From Mobula hypostoma (Eukaryota), in contig NC_086108.1 in NCBI RefSeq assembly GCF_963921235.1, forward strand, positions 62,870,001-62,934,000: a DNA stretch of 64,000 nucleotides, read 5' to 3'. Made by a program: the position numbers and the translations under genes. The number at the start of each line of letters is the position of its first letter. Positions within the stretch are counted from its first letter, which is position 1. The notes under the pieces are model-generated. The model ran no database searches. It saw nothing but the letters and a program-made list of their open reading frames with translations, and had not been told where the DNA came from. Of this stretch, positions 63,401 to 64,000 are shown piece after piece.

Positions 63401-64000
63401 AGGCAGTCCCGCTCAGCGACACCACCTCCGAATCCTGCGCCCGAGCACTGATCACAACCTGGGTAGCATGCTTCGGGGTACCGGCCCACATTACCTCTGA
63501 CAGGGGCGCCCAGTTCACCTCCAGCCTGTGGTCGGCTATGGCCAACCTTTTAGGATCACAGCTACACCACACAACTGCCTACCACCCACAGTCGAACGGA
63601 CTAGTGGAGCGTTTCCACCATCACCTGAAGTCGGCTCTCATGGCCCGCCTGGAGGGGCCTAACTGGGTGGACGAACTTCCCTGGGTCCTGCTCGGAATCC
63701 GCACGGCGCCCAAAGAGGATCTGCACACCTCGTCGGCTGAGCTGGTGTATGGCGCACCCCTGGTCGTCCCAGGAGAGTTCATACCAGCCCCAAGGGGGCA
63801 AGAGGAAGAACTCACAGCAGTCCTGGACAGATTTTGGGAGAGGATCGGTAACCTGGCCCCCATCCCCACTTCACAGCACGGACAGAGCCCAAGCTGCGTA
63901 CCCAAAGACCTGCAGAACTGTAAGTTTCTTTTTGTACGACGGGGCGGACACCGGGCACCGCTACAGCGGCCCTACGAGGGGCCGTTTAAGGAGATCAGGA
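60464..64000 (+). pseudogene. Gypsy gag-pol with only two visible lesions
   Basis: ATG 60464, [11 protein letters not shown] protease, CGDYRRLN and YLDD RT, VDAS/TDHKPL/VADALSR RNase H, frameshift near 62925, HHCC, HVDIVGP, TGA at 63349-63351, TSDRG, NGLVER, GPF motif. Confidence 0.95.

Larger units (their letters stand above)
60137..64000 (+). mobile_element. Young Ty3/Gypsy LTR retrotransposon, runs off the right edge
   Basis: 5' LTR, PBS and continuous gag-PR-RT-RH ORF followed by integrase. GC- and CpG-rich. Confidence 0.97.

Noticed and set aside
60601..63905. Antisense ORFs over the Gypsy and CR1 coding regions
   Set aside because: Expected shadow ORFs opposite long coding frames, with no independent motifs.

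Overview
Eukaryotic, repeat-dominated window, most consistent with a vertebrate intron or intergenic region. The repeat families (several CR1/L3 subfamilies, Rex1/Babar-type LINEs, Penelope-like elements, V-SINE and Deu-SINE remnants) suggest a cartilaginous fish, which is an inference from family resemblance only. No recognisable intact host gene, rRNA, true tRNA or CRISPR array is present. Nearly all long ORFs are transposon-derived: CR1 ORF1 esterase and ORF2 APE/RT pieces, a complete but decayed Gypsy element with paired 226-bp LTRs (23310-28441), a young nearly intact Gypsy running off the right end (60137-64000), hAT and Tigger transposase relics, MITEs and solo LTRs, with many nested insertions. 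The most notable signals are a family of minimal type I hammerhead ribozyme motifs carried by Penelope-like element ends, a frame-preserving 60/66/75-bp minisatellite, a candidate pair of unassigned host exons near 32.1-32.6 kb and an unassigned 135-bp duplicated element. I found no convincing evidence of a wholly new biological system. Family names come from motif recognition, not database searches, and boundaries of degenerate repeats are approximate.
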